A stretch of DNA of 64,000 nt from Nitrosopumilaceae archaeon (GCA_965214835.1 CBDCCK010000002.1:1152001-1216000); one strand, 5' to 3'; shown: positions 10,164 to 20,853, counted from the stretch's first letter. The notes: generated by a model not told the origin, from the sequence alone. Made by a program: numbers and translations.

Positions 10164-11927
10164 GTGACAACCAAACTTGCCAGCGCAATCTCGTCCCTTA
10201 ATGCAGTCGCAATGGGCGATGCCGCAGCCGATCTTGTACTGACAGACTGTACCGTCGTTGGCGTCTATACCCGGGAGAACATTGCCCGGTCACAGATTGC
10301 CATAGCGGGGGACAGGATCGCGTATGTCGGCCCAGATGCATCTCACACCGTCGGCCCCAAGACCGTACAGATGGATCTGGCAGGAAGATACGTCACGCCG
10401 GGATTTGCAGACCCACACATCCACATCGACCAGTTTGTGCTACCCGAGGAGCTGGCAAAAAAATCACTATTGTGCGGCGTCACAGCGCTGTTTTCGGATC
10501 CCATCGATATTGTCAGCGTGGCAGGAAATGCCGGCTTTCAGGAGTTTCTCAGGGTTTGCGGCGACCTGCCGGTCAGGATTTTCAACGTGGTTCCGGGAGG
10601 GCTGCCGGTCGACCCGAGGTTCAGTCATGGCAAGTCACTGACTGCAGCCCAGGCAAGATCTGCAGTAAGGAATCCAAACGTTTTGGGGCTGGGCGAGGTC
10701 TTCTCCTGGACCAAGGTCACGATGCGGGATCCCAAGACAATGAGGAGCCTGTCTGCGATGCTCGAGGCCGACTGCATCATCAATGGGCACACGGCGGCCG
10801 CCTCGGGGAAAAAACTCAACGCGTACGTCGCCTCGGGGATTTTGTCATGCCACGAGCCGATTGACTTTGATCAGGTGATGGAGAGGCTGCGCCTTGGCAT
10901 GTGGATTATGATCAGGGAGGGTTCCATACGCAGGGATCTCAAAGAAATAGTTCCCAGGATTCTCTCACACGGCACATACACTGACAGGCTCATGTTCTGC
11001 TCAGACGGCCTTGACCCGCATGACATCGATCATTATGGCCACATAGACCACTGCGTACGCGAGTCTGTAAGGCTCGGAATAAACCCGATCGACGCAGTTG
11101 CAATGGCATCCAAGAACTGTTTTGACTATTACAACATGGCAAAGGATCTGGGCGGCATTGCACCAGGCAAGCTTGCAGACATTCTGGTCCTTGACGACCT
11201 AAAGGGGTTCAGGCCGACCAAGGTCTTCGTCGGCGGAAGACTCGTAGTATCGGGAGGCAGGATTGTCGCAAAGTTCAAGCCAAAGAAGATCCCAAGACAG
11301 ATGAGGGACACGGTAAACCTCAGAAAACTCTCAGAAAAGGACTTTACAGTAAAATCAGACGGGGTGACCGCAACTGTAAACACGATCCACATGCTTACCG
11401 AGATCATCACAAAGCCTGGGATCGCAGAGCTCAAAACAAGGAACGGAAATGTCCTGCCATCGCCAGATCAGGACATCTGCAAGGTCGCAGCCTTTGACAG
11501 GATCGGGGGGACGGGCAGGGGCACCGTGGGCTTTTTGAGCAACCTTGGCGCCGATATTGGGGCGCTTGCCTCCACATGGAGCTTTCATGAAAACGACCTG
11601 ATGGTTATAGGCTCCAATGAAAAGGACATGGCAGCAGCTGCCAACGAGCTCGTAAGATCCCGGGGCGGCATGGTGGTGATCAGCCGGGGAAGAACAATCG
11701 CACGCATGCCGCTGCAGTTTGGAGGAATAGTCTCCACCGACCCGTTTGACGAGGTTGCCAGAAACTTTGCGGACATCAACGCATCGCTTGCAGATGCCGG
11801 ATCCAGGTTCAGGCATCCGCACCTCGTGCCATTGTTTTTGCCCTTCCTGGCACTGCCTTCGGTGCGCATTTTGCACAGCGGAATCGTGGATGTCAAGAAA
11901 AGATCGCTCGTCTCCCCCCTGGCCTGA
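10164..11927 (+). CDS. ade: Adenine deaminase
   Basis: PGFADPHIHID, GLGEVFSW, NGH, SCHE, IREGS, FCSDG, GGIAPGKLAD. Confidence 0.9.
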   Translation: MTTKLASAISSLNAVAMGDAAADLVLTDCTVVGVYTRENIARSQIAIAGDRIAYVGPDASHTVGPKTVQMDLAGRYVTPGFADPHIHIDQFVLPEELAKKSLLCGVTALFSDPIDIVSVAGNAGFQEFLRVCGDLPVRIFNVVPGGLPVDPRFSHGKSLTAAQARSAVRNPNVLGLGEVFSWTKVTMRDPKTMRSLSAMLEADCIINGHTAAASGKKLNAYVASGILSCHEPIDFDQVMERLRLGMWIMIREGSIRRDLKEIVPRILSHGTYTDRLMFCSDGLDPHDIDHYGHIDHCVRESVRLGINPIDAVAMASKNCFDYYNMAKDLGGIAPGKLADILVLDDLKGFRPTKVFVGGRLVVSGGRIVAKFKPKKIPRQMRDTVNLRKLSEKDFTVKSDGVTATVNTIHMLTEIITKPGIAELKTRNGNVLPSPDQDICKVAAFDRIGGTGRGTVGFLSNLGADIGALASTWSFHENDLMVIGSNEKDMAAAANELVRSRGGMVVISRGRTIARMPLQFGGIVSTDPFDEVARNFADINASLADAGSRFRHPHLVPLFLPFLALPSVRILHSGIVDVKKRSLVSPLA

Positions 11928-12021
11928 TAGTCTGCCGCATAGCCCTGATTTTAGGCACAAAAAACTAGCTGTTTTTACGCGCCTAGGCGCCCGTCATGCA
12001 GCAAACCGTGGCCTGAAATAA

Positions 12022-12031
12022 TATTAAATAG
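12022..12031 (+). promoter_or_regulatory. Probable archaeal TATA box of the thermosome gene
   Basis: TATTAAATAG about 26-35 bp upstream of ATG 12057, consistent with a near-leaderless transcript. Confidence 0.55.
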
Positions 12032-12056
12032 GGCTATTCGTAAATTTAGCTGAAAT

Positions 12057-13697
12057 ATGGCTTCAATTCAACAAACACCGAATGGACCAGTTTTGGTTCT
12101 CAAGGAGAGCGCACTCCAGCAAAAAGGAAGGGATGCACAGGAAAACAACATTGCAGCGGCAAAGCTGGTTGCAGAACTAGTCAGAACAAGTCTGGGCCCG
12201 AGGGGGCTAGACAAGATGCTAGTTGACTCCTTAGGGGACGTGACAATTACCAATGATGGCGCTACCATTCTCAAGGAAATCGACGTCCAGCATCCGGCGG
12301 CAAAGATGATGGTAGAGATCTCAAAGACCATCGATAATGAAGTTGGAGACGGCACCACTTCATCTGTAGTATTTGGAGGCGCGCTGCTGGCAAAGGCAAG
12401 CGAGCTAATCAAAAAGGACGTACACTCCTCGGTAATCATCGAGGGATACCAGGCAGCGGCAGAAAAGACCCTTGAAATCCTGGGCGAAATATCCAAAACG
12501 GTAAGGCCCGATGACAAGGAATCGCTCGAAAAGATCTCAACTACAAGCATGCAGTCAAAGCTGGTATCCGAGGACAGCAACATGCTCTCGCCGCTGATAG
12601 TCGACGCCGTCCTGAACATCGTAACCAAAAAGGGTGACGACTATTCGGTAGACCTTGACAACCTCAAGGTCGAAAAGAAGGCAGGCGCATCAATCCAAGA
12701 TACCAAGCTGATCAGGGGCATAGTTCTGGACAAGGAGATCGTCCACAGCGGCATGCCTACCAAGATCGAAAGGGCAAGGGTTGCACTGCTCAACACGGCA
12801 CTGGAGATTGAAAAGACCGAGATGAGCTCAGAAATCAGAATCACCGACCCGACCCAGATGCAGATGTTCCTAGAGGAGGAGAACAGGATGCTCAAGGAGA
12901 TGGTCGACAAGCTTCATGATGTAGGCGCAAACGTCGTCATATGCCAAAAGGGAATAGATGACATTGCACAACACTATCTCTCAAAGAACGGAATCTTGGC
13001 AGTAAGGCGTGTCAAGGAAAGCGACATGACAAAGCTGGCCAAGGCGACCGGCGGCAGGGTATCGACCAACATTGACGATATAACGGAAAGAGACCTGGGG
13101 ATCGCAAGCCTGGTCCACCAGTCAAAGGTAGAGTCTGACAAGTGGGTCTTCGTCGAGGGCTGCAAAAACCCCGACTCTGTGACCGTGCTCATCAGGGGCG
13201 GCTCACAAAGGGTGGTCGACGAGGTAGACCGCTCAATCCATGACGCGCTGATGGTGGTAAAGGACGTAATCGAAAAGCCGGCAATCGTAGCTGGCGGCGG
13301 GGCACCGGAGGCATATGTTGCAACGCAGCTCAAAGAGTGGGCCGACTCCTTTGACGGCAGGGAGCAGCTTGCAATCAAAAAGTATGCAGAGGCCCTTGAG
13401 ACGATTCCGCTGACCATCGCAGAGAACGCCGGAATGGATCCAATCGATACCATGGCAAACCTGAGATCAAAGCAGAGCCAGGGCAAGAAATGGACCGGAA
13501 TCGACGCAAAGAACACAAAGATTGCCGACATGCTGTCTCTTAATATCGTAGAGCCCGTCGCAGTCAAGGAGCAGATCATAAAGTCGGCAACCGAGGCCGC
13601 GACGATGATTCTGAGAATCGATGACGTCATTGCAGTCTCCGGCGCACCCGGAGGCGGCGGATCGCCTGGCGCGCCACCTGCAATGCCGGGAATGTAG
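12057..13697 (+). CDS. ths: Thermosome (group II chaperonin) subunit
   Basis: SLGPRGLDKML, TNDGATIL, GDGTTS, GGGAPE, ILRIDD, Gly/Pro/Met tail. Confidence 0.97.
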   Translation: MASIQQTPNGPVLVLKESALQQKGRDAQENNIAAAKLVAELVRTSLGPRGLDKMLVDSLGDVTITNDGATILKEIDVQHPAAKMMVEISKTIDNEVGDGTTSSVVFGGALLAKASELIKKDVHSSVIIEGYQAAAEKTLEILGEISKTVRPDDKESLEKISTTSMQSKLVSEDSNMLSPLIVDAVLNIVTKKGDDYSVDLDNLKVEKKAGASIQDTKLIRGIVLDKEIVHSGMPTKIERARVALLNTALEIEKTEMSSEIRITDPTQMQMFLEEENRMLKEMVDKLHDVGANVVICQKGIDDIAQHYLSKNGILAVRRVKESDMTKLAKATGGRVSTNIDDITERDLGIASLVHQSKVESDKWVFVEGCKNPDSVTVLIRGGSQRVVDEVDRSIHDALMVVKDVIEKPAIVAGGGAPEAYVATQLKEWADSFDGREQLAIKKYAEALETIPLTIAENAGMDPIDTMANLRSKQSQGKKWTGIDAKNTKIADMLSLNIVEPVAVKEQIIKSATEAATMILRIDDVIAVSGAPGGGGSPGAPPAMPGM

Positions 13698-13739
13698 GCC
13701 CCATCAAGACTTAACCACACCCCCCTTCTACCTTTTGTT

Positions 13740-14597
13740 GTGAACAAGATAGGAGTCGATCTCGGCGGCACCAAGACTGAGGTAGTCCTGCTTGACGAGG
13801 ATCTGGCCACGGTATGCAGGAAAAGGATTACGACGCACAAAGGCAGCTACGATGAACTCGTCGAGTCGGTCGCAGGCCTGATCTCCGAAATCCGTACCGG
13901 CCAGTGCAGCATTGGGGTCTGTACCCCCGGTGCAGTCTCAAGGCAGACGGGCCTGATAAAAAACAGCAACACGCAGTGCATCATCGGAAGACCGCTTCGG
14001 CAGGATCTGGAGAAAAGACTGGGACAGAGTGTCGCGATGGAGAACGACGCAAACTGCTTTGCGATGGCAGAGGCCACGATGGGCGCAGCGCAGGGGTACG
14101 GCGTCGTCTTTGGCGTGATCATGGGAACCGGGGTGGGGGGCGGCATCGTAATTGACGGCCGGATTCACCGGGGCCGCACAAACATCGCGGGGGAGTGGGG
14201 CCACCACCTGCTACATGAGGGGGGAAACCCCTGCTACTGCGGACGCAGGGGATGCACAGAGACGTACATCAGCGGCCCTGCACTGGAGAGGAGATGGACG
14301 GAGCTTACGGGGCTTCACCAGTCCACCGAGGATATCGTATCTGACCTGTCAGGCCAGCATGCCAAGCAGTGGAAGGGCGAGTTCCTGGAGAACTTTGGAA
14401 CCGCGCTTGCAAACGTCATCGATATACTGGATCCGGATGTGATAGTCCTTGGCGGCGGCGTATCCAACGTATCTTTTCTGTATGATGAGGGACAGCGCGC
14501 GGTGTATGAGAGGGTCTTCAGCGATCTGGTCGACACCCCGGTGCTGCAAAACAGGCTGGGCGACTCTGCAGGGGTCTTTGGGGCCTGCCTGCTCTAG
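13740..14597 (+). CDS. ROK family sugar kinase
   Basis: GVDLGGTK, ENDANCFA, GTGVGGG, GEWGH, CYCGRRGCTE. Confidence 0.93.
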   Translation: MNKIGVDLGGTKTEVVLLDEDLATVCRKRITTHKGSYDELVESVAGLISEIRTGQCSIGVCTPGAVSRQTGLIKNSNTQCIIGRPLRQDLEKRLGQSVAMENDANCFAMAEATMGAAQGYGVVFGVIMGTGVGGGIVIDGRIHRGRTNIAGEWGHHLLHEGGNPCYCGRRGCTETYISGPALERRWTELTGLHQSTEDIVSDLSGQHAKQWKGEFLENFGTALANVIDILDPDVIVLGGGVSNVSFLYDEGQRAVYERVFSDLVDTPVLQNRLGDSAGVFGACLL

Positions 14598-14851
14598 GGA
14601 CAGCCTTCCATCCTTGCAATGTGGCATCCGTCCGTCATGATGTCGATTTGTACCTCGTCGGGAACCGTCTGCGAGTGGCAGAACCTACACTCCTCTGCGG
14701 TCACCCGGGCACCCTCCTCGCCGACTGAGGCAAGCCATTTTTCTGCGTACCGAATTGCAGCCTCGACGTCGTTTTTGTCAGTTATGACATCAAAGTGCAT
14801 CACATGCCCGTCCCTTGCTATGACGTGCGTGTCAAAGACGTGAAATTCCAT
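14594..14851 (-). CDS. DUF2024-like small protein
   Basis: VFDTHV...GHVMHFDVI...ECRFCHSQ...MEGCP pattern. Confidence 0.7.
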   Translation of the reverse strand: MEFHVFDTHVIARDGHVMHFDVITDKNDVEAAIRYAEKWLASVGEEGARVTAEECRFCHSQTVPDEVQIDIMTDGCHIARMEGCP

Positions 14852-15017
14852 GATTGGGACTCGTGTGTTGCGGCTTAATTAGCTTGTTTCATCTCATCTG
14901 GCACGGAGCTGGCCACTTGTCCATCGCAATCCGTAGTACGCACGCCAATAATTGGAGCATGACTTTGGCGTGTCGTGCCTGTTTTGACACAAAATGTTTG
15001 ATTTTCAGCCGTACGTA

Positions 15018-15344
15018 CTACGGTGTCGGATCAGGATGATGATATGCCGGCTCGCGGTATACCTCATCGACAATCTTTCTGACGACTTTCTGGGCGTCGG
15101 GGGGAAGCCTTCTAATGTCCACGCAGCCGTATCTGACAGCACCGAACAGCGTAGCCGGTGTAAAGTACTTGTTCTGCGCGTGCGGGGCAAACGTGTTCTT
15201 CCATCTCTTGCCAGATGATAGAATCCGTTCGAGTCTCTTATTCACAGTACGCCCCTCAACCCCCCTTCCACTTTGACCGCTATCTTGCCCATGTCTTAAA
15301 AGCAGCTCGCGCAGATACGGCGGAGTGATATCATGCAGTTTCAT
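15018..15344 (-). CDS. Hypothetical protein (orphan)
   Basis: 108-aa ORF with a TATA-like TTTTAAGA about 25 bp upstream on the minus strand; no recognised motif. Confidence 0.45.
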   Translation of the reverse strand: MKLHDITPPYLRELLLRHGQDSGQSGRGVEGRTVNKRLERILSSGKRWKNTFAPHAQNKYFTPATLFGAVRYGCVDIRRLPPDAQKVVRKIVDEVYREPAYHHPDPTP

Positions 15345-15511
15345 AACGGTGACTATCTGCCTCTTATCTTAAAAACAGTCCACCCCATATCCGAGTCTGC
15401 AAAATAGGTCAGAGCCAGGCGTCGCCACCCTTGCAGGACTCACTGCGGCATGCCTGAGGCACTGCCGTGATGCCGGCGGTTCCTGCCCGGACTGGCATTC
15501 CTGCCGGAAAG

Positions 15512-15955
15512 CTAGCCGCAGCACTCGCCCTTGGGAATCTCGTGATCATGGGGACATTTTCTGGGATGATCAAGCATCGTGCACAGCGCGTCTGTGAACT
15601 GCTTGTTCATGTGGTGCTCGATTCCGCAGACCATCTCCTCGTCGATCTCCACCTTTAGCGCGCTGTCCATGAGGACCTCCAGGAGCCTGCTGTTTCGCAT
15701 CATTCCTGCGCCTATCTCCTCGCCATCCTTGGTGAGGCTGACGCCTGCCTTGGTATAGTTTACCATGTTCTGGCCGCTGAGCTTTTTCAGCATCTGAACG
15801 ACGCTTGGCTGCCTTACGTTGAGCATCTTTGCAATGCTGCTGATCTTGACATCCTCCCCGCGCTCCTTGATGTGCCAGATTGCCTTGAGGTACATCTCCA
15901 CGTGCTCTGCCTCTGCCGTTCCGACAAAGAGAACCTCGTCGTTTGACGCATCCAT
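15512..15955 (-). CDS. DtxR/MntR family metal-dependent repressor
   Basis: EMYLKAIW, IAKMLNVRQPSVVQMLKKL, CGIEHH, CPHDHEIP. Confidence 0.92.
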   Translation of the reverse strand: MDASNDEVLFVGTAEAEHVEMYLKAIWHIKERGEDVKISSIAKMLNVRQPSVVQMLKKLSGQNMVNYTKAGVSLTKDGEEIGAGMMRNSRLLEVLMDSALKVEIDEEMVCGIEHHMNKQFTDALCTMLDHPRKCPHDHEIPKGECCG

Positions 15956-15957
15956 GA

Positions 15958-16725
15958 TTATATCTCCTTGGAGTCTTTTAATAAATATTCGAAATACTCC
16001 CTTGCAAATCCCGCCAGGCCCGCATGATCTGCCCAGATCGCCACGGCCTCAGAGGTGTTCGTGCCTCCTATCTCCGAGCCCAGGAGAATCACGACATAGC
16101 GCCTGTCTGAGATGATTCCGCCCCCAAACAGCCCCTTTTTTACCTTGACGGTCGCAACCCGAGATGCTGCCTTTAGTGACTCCTTGTACATCTTGTCTGA
16201 TGTCAGGATTGTTATGTTGACCCCCCTGTCATGCAGCAGCCTCAGCTTTGGCAGTGCCTGCCTTACCAGCTCCTGGCTTGCCTCAGGCAGTGCAATCATT
16301 ACCTCGTTTCTACAGTTGTCTACCATCTCCAGGATTTTGGCGGCGATGTTTATCGTTCCTGACAGCACCCAGATGTCCGGTTTTTCACTGATCCCGCTTT
16401 TCTCATAGAGCGGGACGAGTTCATTTACAACGATGCCTTGATTCCTGGCAAACTCCTCTTCCATCCTCTGCTTGGTGGCCTCAAGGCCGGTGGACGGCGA
16501 CTTTGCAAAGTATTTTGTCGGCCTCGAGTCATCAGAGCCGATCCACCCCTTCTCCTCTAGCGTTCCCAGTACTTCGTAAATCTTCGAGTATGGAACCCCG
16601 GACTTTTGGCTGATCTCCGATGCCGTCTGCTCGCCTGATGTCAGCAGTGACGAGAACGTCCTGATCTCATAGCCTGTCAGGCCGATCTTTTCCAGGGACT
16701 TTCTGGCCTTGTCTGAGATGCTCAT
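15958..16725 (-). CDS. TrmB family transcriptional regulator
   Basis: LEKIGLTGYE, SGVPYSKIYEVLGTLEEKG wHTH plus PLD-like C-domain; start set at ATG 16725. Confidence 0.92.
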   Translation of the reverse strand: MSISDKARKSLEKIGLTGYEIRTFSSLLTSGEQTASEISQKSGVPYSKIYEVLGTLEEKGWIGSDDSRPTKYFAKSPSTGLEATKQRMEEEFARNQGIVVNELVPLYEKSGISEKPDIWVLSGTINIAAKILEMVDNCRNEVMIALPEASQELVRQALPKLRLLHDRGVNITILTSDKMYKESLKAASRVATVKVKKGLFGGGIISDRRYVVILLGSEIGGTNTSEAVAIWADHAGLAGFAREYFEYLLKDSKEI

Positions 16726-16841
16726 CCGATCTAGTCGATCGGCCTTGATATTTAAATCCGCCACGGCAGTATCCTATATTACCCCGTTGGCTGAGTGGGA
16801 AATGCATTATATACTATTTCCTGAGATTTCCAAATGATACA

Positions 16842-18506
16842 ATGGCACTAATACAGATTTCCAACCAATCTACCAAGTCGGTAGGCAAAAAATCCACCAT
16901 AAGATTCACCCAAAGCATCTGTCCGGACTGTAACATGATCCTGGACGCAGAAGTTTTTGAAAGAGACGGCAAGGTCTTCATGTCAAAGGTCTGCCCGACC
17001 CACGGCGAATGCGAGGAGCTCTATTTTGGCTCCTATGAGCTGTACAACAAGTTCAGCACCTACTGGGTCGACGGCAAGGGCGCACATGCCCCCAACGTCA
17101 TGATCGACAAGTGCTCCTGCCCGAACAACTGCGGACTGTGCTCAAACCACCTCTCTCACAGCGGCTTGGCCAACATGATTGTCACAAACAGGTGCGACCT
17201 GACATGCTGGTACTGCTTTTTCTATGTAAAAAAGGGGCTCGAGGGCGCATACATGTACGAGCCGTCCCAGGATCAGGTCAGGGCGATGATGAAGACCCTC
17301 AGGGCAGAAAGGCCGATCCCGGGAAACTCTATGCAGATTACCGGCGGCGAGCCGATGCTAAGGGAGGATATTACCGATGTTATCAGAATAATGAAGGAGG
17401 AGGGCGTTGATCACATCCAGATGAACACCAACGGAATCAGGCATGCGATGGATCCAGAGGCCGCACGCGACGTAAGGCTGGCAGGCTGCAACAACCTGTA
17501 TCTCAGCTTTGATGGCGTCACTGCAAGGACAAACCCAAAGAACCACTGGGAGATTCCGTACGCGCTGGACAGCTGCAGAAAGACCGGAACCACCGTGGTG
17601 TTCGTCCCGACCGTAATAAAGTCAATCAATGATCACGAGCTGGGCGGAATAATCAGGTATGCACAAAAGAACATGGACGTGGTTCATGCCGTCAACTTCC
17701 AGCCGGTATCACTGACCGGCAGGATGGGCAAGACGGAGCGTGAAAAGTACAGGATCACGGTTCCCGACTGCATCCAGCGAATCGAGGAGCAGACCGGCGG
17801 CGAGGTGACAGTCGATGACTGGTTCCCGGTGCCCAGCTGCATGCCGCTGACCAACGTAATCGAGGCCTTTTCAAGCAAGCCAAAGTACGAGCTCTCAATC
17901 CACTTTGCATGCGGTGCGGGAACGTACGTGTTCGAGGACGAGGAGACCAAGAGGTTCGTCCCGCTCACAAAGTTCTGCGACATCCAGGGGATGCTGGAGC
18001 TCTTCGAGGACAAGGCAGAGGAGATCCGCTCGGGCAAGAACAAGTACTTTACGATGCTCGAGGTCGTCAGAAAGCTCTCAAGCTTTGTCGACAAGAAAAA
18101 GCAGCCGGCAGGCCTTGACCTGGCAAAGATGTTTGGAAATATACTGATGAAGAGGTCGTTTGACGCAGTCGGCTCCTGGCATGTCAAGGGACTGTTCCTG
18201 GGCATGATGCACTTTCAGGACAAGTACAACGAGGATCTCGAAAGGCTGCAGAGGTGCGACATCCACTATGTCACGCCGGATCTTCGAATAATCCCCTTCT
18301 GCGCATTCAACGTGATTCCGGAATGGTACCGGGACAGGATCCAGAAAAAGTACTCCATTACGGTAGAGGAGTGGGAGCAAAGGGAGGGCGTAAAGCTCGA
18401 GGACGGGCTGTATCGGGGTCTGATGAGGCGCGGGGCCGGCGACGAGCTTGCCGCGGGCTGTGCAAAGAGCCAGATGTTCCACGAGGCCGCCCAGGCAGTA
18501 GTGTAG
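16842..18506 (+). CDS. tes: Tetraether lipid synthase (GDGT macrocyclic archaeol synthase), radical SAM
   Basis: CPDC..CPTHG rubredoxin-like domain, CPNNCGLCSNH, CDLTCWYC radical SAM motif, HFACG, RCDIHY..PFC. Confidence 0.9.
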   Translation: MALIQISNQSTKSVGKKSTIRFTQSICPDCNMILDAEVFERDGKVFMSKVCPTHGECEELYFGSYELYNKFSTYWVDGKGAHAPNVMIDKCSCPNNCGLCSNHLSHSGLANMIVTNRCDLTCWYCFFYVKKGLEGAYMYEPSQDQVRAMMKTLRAERPIPGNSMQITGGEPMLREDITDVIRIMKEEGVDHIQMNTNGIRHAMDPEAARDVRLAGCNNLYLSFDGVTARTNPKNHWEIPYALDSCRKTGTTVVFVPTVIKSINDHELGGIIRYAQKNMDVVHAVNFQPVSLTGRMGKTEREKYRITVPDCIQRIEEQTGGEVTVDDWFPVPSCMPLTNVIEAFSSKPKYELSIHFACGAGTYVFEDEETKRFVPLTKFCDIQGMLELFEDKAEEIRSGKNKYFTMLEVVRKLSSFVDKKKQPAGLDLAKMFGNILMKRSFDAVGSWHVKGLFLGMMHFQDKYNEDLERLQRCDIHYVTPDLRIIPFCAFNVIPEWYRDRIQKKYSITVEEWEQREGVKLEDGLYRGLMRRGAGDELAAGCAKSQMFHEAAQAVV

Positions 18507-18586
18507 AAAATCCACACCTTCTCTTTTTATTGGAGCAAAAAACACCCCTAGTTGATTCATATAATATCTGCAAGCAGCTCCCTGCA

Positions 18587-19792
18587 ATGATCGAGCCTGA
18601 TCCTCAAAAAATAACCGACATCCTGACCCTGCGCTATGATCCGGACTCGGAGTCAACGCTGCCCCCGATCGGCTGGTCTGATTTTTCCTCCGATGCAAGG
18701 GATGTCGAATCGGGCATTGAGCTCAGAATCAAAAGCAGAATCAGGGATTTTCTGGCAAAAAACAAGACCGACAGGATCACCGTCGCACTCAGCGGCGGAG
18801 TGGACTCGGTACTTGCGCTGATTCTGACGCGTGAGGCATCTCCGGATCTTAAGATCCAGTGCATATCGTTTGGATTTTCGGAAAACGATCCGGATGTCAG
18901 GGCCGCCTCCGAGGTTGCCCGACTGCACAACGCAGACTTTGAGCGGTTCTTCCTAGACAACTTCTATGAAGACCTGCCAAAGCAGATTGCCGTCATCGGC
19001 GAGCCCAAGATCAACTATTACTGGTACCGCGTGGCAAAGACTGCAAAAAGATATTCTGATATTTTAGTTACCGGCGACGGCGGCGACGAGCTGTTCTCCG
19101 GATATGTGTTCAGATACAAGAAATTCCTCGATATCCTTCCGCCAGACTCCGACTGGAGACGGCGCGCCATCACCTATCTGGACTGCCATAATCGCGACTG
19201 GGTCGAGGATCAGGATCAGATGTTTGGCAGGGCTGCAAACTTCTCATGGGATTCCGTATATGAAAGGCTGAGGCCCTTCTTTGAGAACCCCCTGCCCCCG
19301 CTTGACCAGGTCTTTCTGGCAGACTATAACGGAAAGCTGATGCATGACTGGAACCCGTCCTACGGCAGAATCTACAAGAGCCTGGGCATGACCACCTTGC
19401 AACCCTTCCTGAGCCGGGACGTTATAAGATACGCATTTACGATACCGAGCGCCCGGAAATACGACCCTAGCTCCAACGTCGGCAAGCTGCCGTTGCGCGG
19501 CATCCTGCAAAAGAAGAACTTCACAGCAGATCCCACAAAAAGGGGATTTACTCCCGACTATCCTCTGTTCTGGAACAACCACGGCAAAAAATTCGTCCAA
19601 GACTTTCTGCTTGACGGTTCCCGCGTCGTAAGGGACGGCTGGATCTCGCCATCCTGGATTCAAAAGGCCCTCAACACAGTAAATGAGGCAGGCGACCTGC
19701 GATACATGAACAAGCTGCTTCACGTCGCGGCCTTTGAGGTGTGGTACAGGCTGTTCGTTACCGGGGAGATCTCTGAGGACGCCAAAATCTGA
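18587..19792 (+). CDS. Asparagine synthetase-like (AsnB synthetase domain) glycan amidotransferase/ligase
   Basis: ALSGGVDS, TGDGGDELFSGY, GKLPLR, KRGF; no N-terminal Ntn glutaminase domain; start ATG 18587. Confidence 0.82.
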   Translation: MIEPDPQKITDILTLRYDPDSESTLPPIGWSDFSSDARDVESGIELRIKSRIRDFLAKNKTDRITVALSGGVDSVLALILTREASPDLKIQCISFGFSENDPDVRAASEVARLHNADFERFFLDNFYEDLPKQIAVIGEPKINYYWYRVAKTAKRYSDILVTGDGGDELFSGYVFRYKKFLDILPPDSDWRRRAITYLDCHNRDWVEDQDQMFGRAANFSWDSVYERLRPFFENPLPPLDQVFLADYNGKLMHDWNPSYGRIYKSLGMTTLQPFLSRDVIRYAFTIPSARKYDPSSNVGKLPLRGILQKKNFTADPTKRGFTPDYPLFWNNHGKKFVQDFLLDGSRVVRDGWISPSWIQKALNTVNEAGDLRYMNKLLHVAAFEVWYRLFVTGEISEDAKI

Positions 19793-19793
19793 A

Positions 19794-20624
19794 CTATCTG
19801 CCAAAAAGCCCACCCAGCCTTTTCCTTATCTCCCTTTTCTGCAGATCCCTGACTTTTTGCCTGTCCTCCTTTGGAAAAAGCCTGTAGTATCCGGTGTCAT
19901 CCGGCCTGAATGTAACGTACTTCCAAAGCATGTTGCACGCGCCGCGCCTGCCGATGTTGTCGTTTCTTACCAGCTCCTGCAGAGTCCTTGCCAGCACGTA
20001 CAGCGGGTGGAATCCGATTGCCCTCATTGACTGTCCAAACTCTACAAAGTTGTGCTTGTGGCCCAGCTGATCTGTGTGCTCGAATCTTGCACTCTTCAAG
20101 ACCAGGGTCTTGTATCCGTTTACCAGCGCCCTGTACACGGTCTCCGTCTCGTATCCTACTATCTCCGGGTATCTGTCGTAAAACCTGAAAAAATAGTCCT
20201 GCCTTACAAACCTGCCTCCCCCGTGCGGAAAACTGATCCGCTCCTTGCCGTGGTACCCGGAGGCGACGGCGATCTCCGGGCTCTTCTCCAGCTCACCCAG
20301 TATCTTTTCGGCGTACCCCTCCTCAAATATTGTATCCCCCGCCGCAATCATGTGATAGTCAAACTGCCTTTGCAGGCACATGTTCCACAGTGAGGGGATC
20401 CTCGCATAGTCCTTGGTAGTGCTCTTGGTTTGAAGAACCTCTATCTTGTCGCCGTACCGCCCCTTGAACTCCTGTAGAATGCCGCCGGTCCTGTCGGTGG
20501 ATCCGTCATTGACCACCAGTATCTTTTCGGGAGGGCGGGACTGGCCGACCAAGCTGCTCATCACCCTCCCGATGGATTCCTCCGAGTCTCGCACGCACAG
20601 GAAAGCATAGTACCCGCCTTTCAT
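19794..20624 (-). CDS. Glycosyltransferase family 2
   Basis: ILVVNDGSTDRTG, GT-A fold N-terminus. Confidence 0.85.
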   Translation of the reverse strand: MKGGYYAFLCVRDSEESIGRVMSSLVGQSRPPEKILVVNDGSTDRTGGILQEFKGRYGDKIEVLQTKSTTKDYARIPSLWNMCLQRQFDYHMIAAGDTIFEEGYAEKILGELEKSPEIAVASGYHGKERISFPHGGGRFVRQDYFFRFYDRYPEIVGYETETVYRALVNGYKTLVLKSARFEHTDQLGHKHNFVEFGQSMRAIGFHPLYVLARTLQELVRNDNIGRRGACNMLWKYVTFRPDDTGYYRLFPKEDRQKVRDLQKREIRKRLGGLFGR

Positions 20625-20670
20625 GATACAACCATGGGGGAGGCCTGATTTTTAAAATTACTTCCTCCAA

Positions 20671-20785
20671 CAGTCTTCCCAGAAGTAACCGACTCGTGGC
20701 GGTGCAGATGGCCATATGTGGCTCTGCAGGCAGCCTTGAACCATCTCGAGTTGAGCCGTCTTGTAGGTTGCTTCTGGGAAGACTG
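20671..20785. mobile_element. MITE family C (~115 bp)
   Basis: TIRs CAGTCTTCCCAGAAG / CTTCTGGGAAGACTG; related copies at 25620-25739 and 33805-33926. Confidence 0.8.
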
Positions 20786-20853
20786 TTCAGACACGGAGGC
20801 CAGAAACTTCGCTCATGGCAATCTTAATGTTCCAGATGCGGCTGGTTTTCTTC

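Noticed and set aside
18254-18586. 512-aa ORF overlapping tes
   Set aside because: The N-terminal 111 codons overlap tes in another frame; the homologous region and promoter fit ATG 18587.
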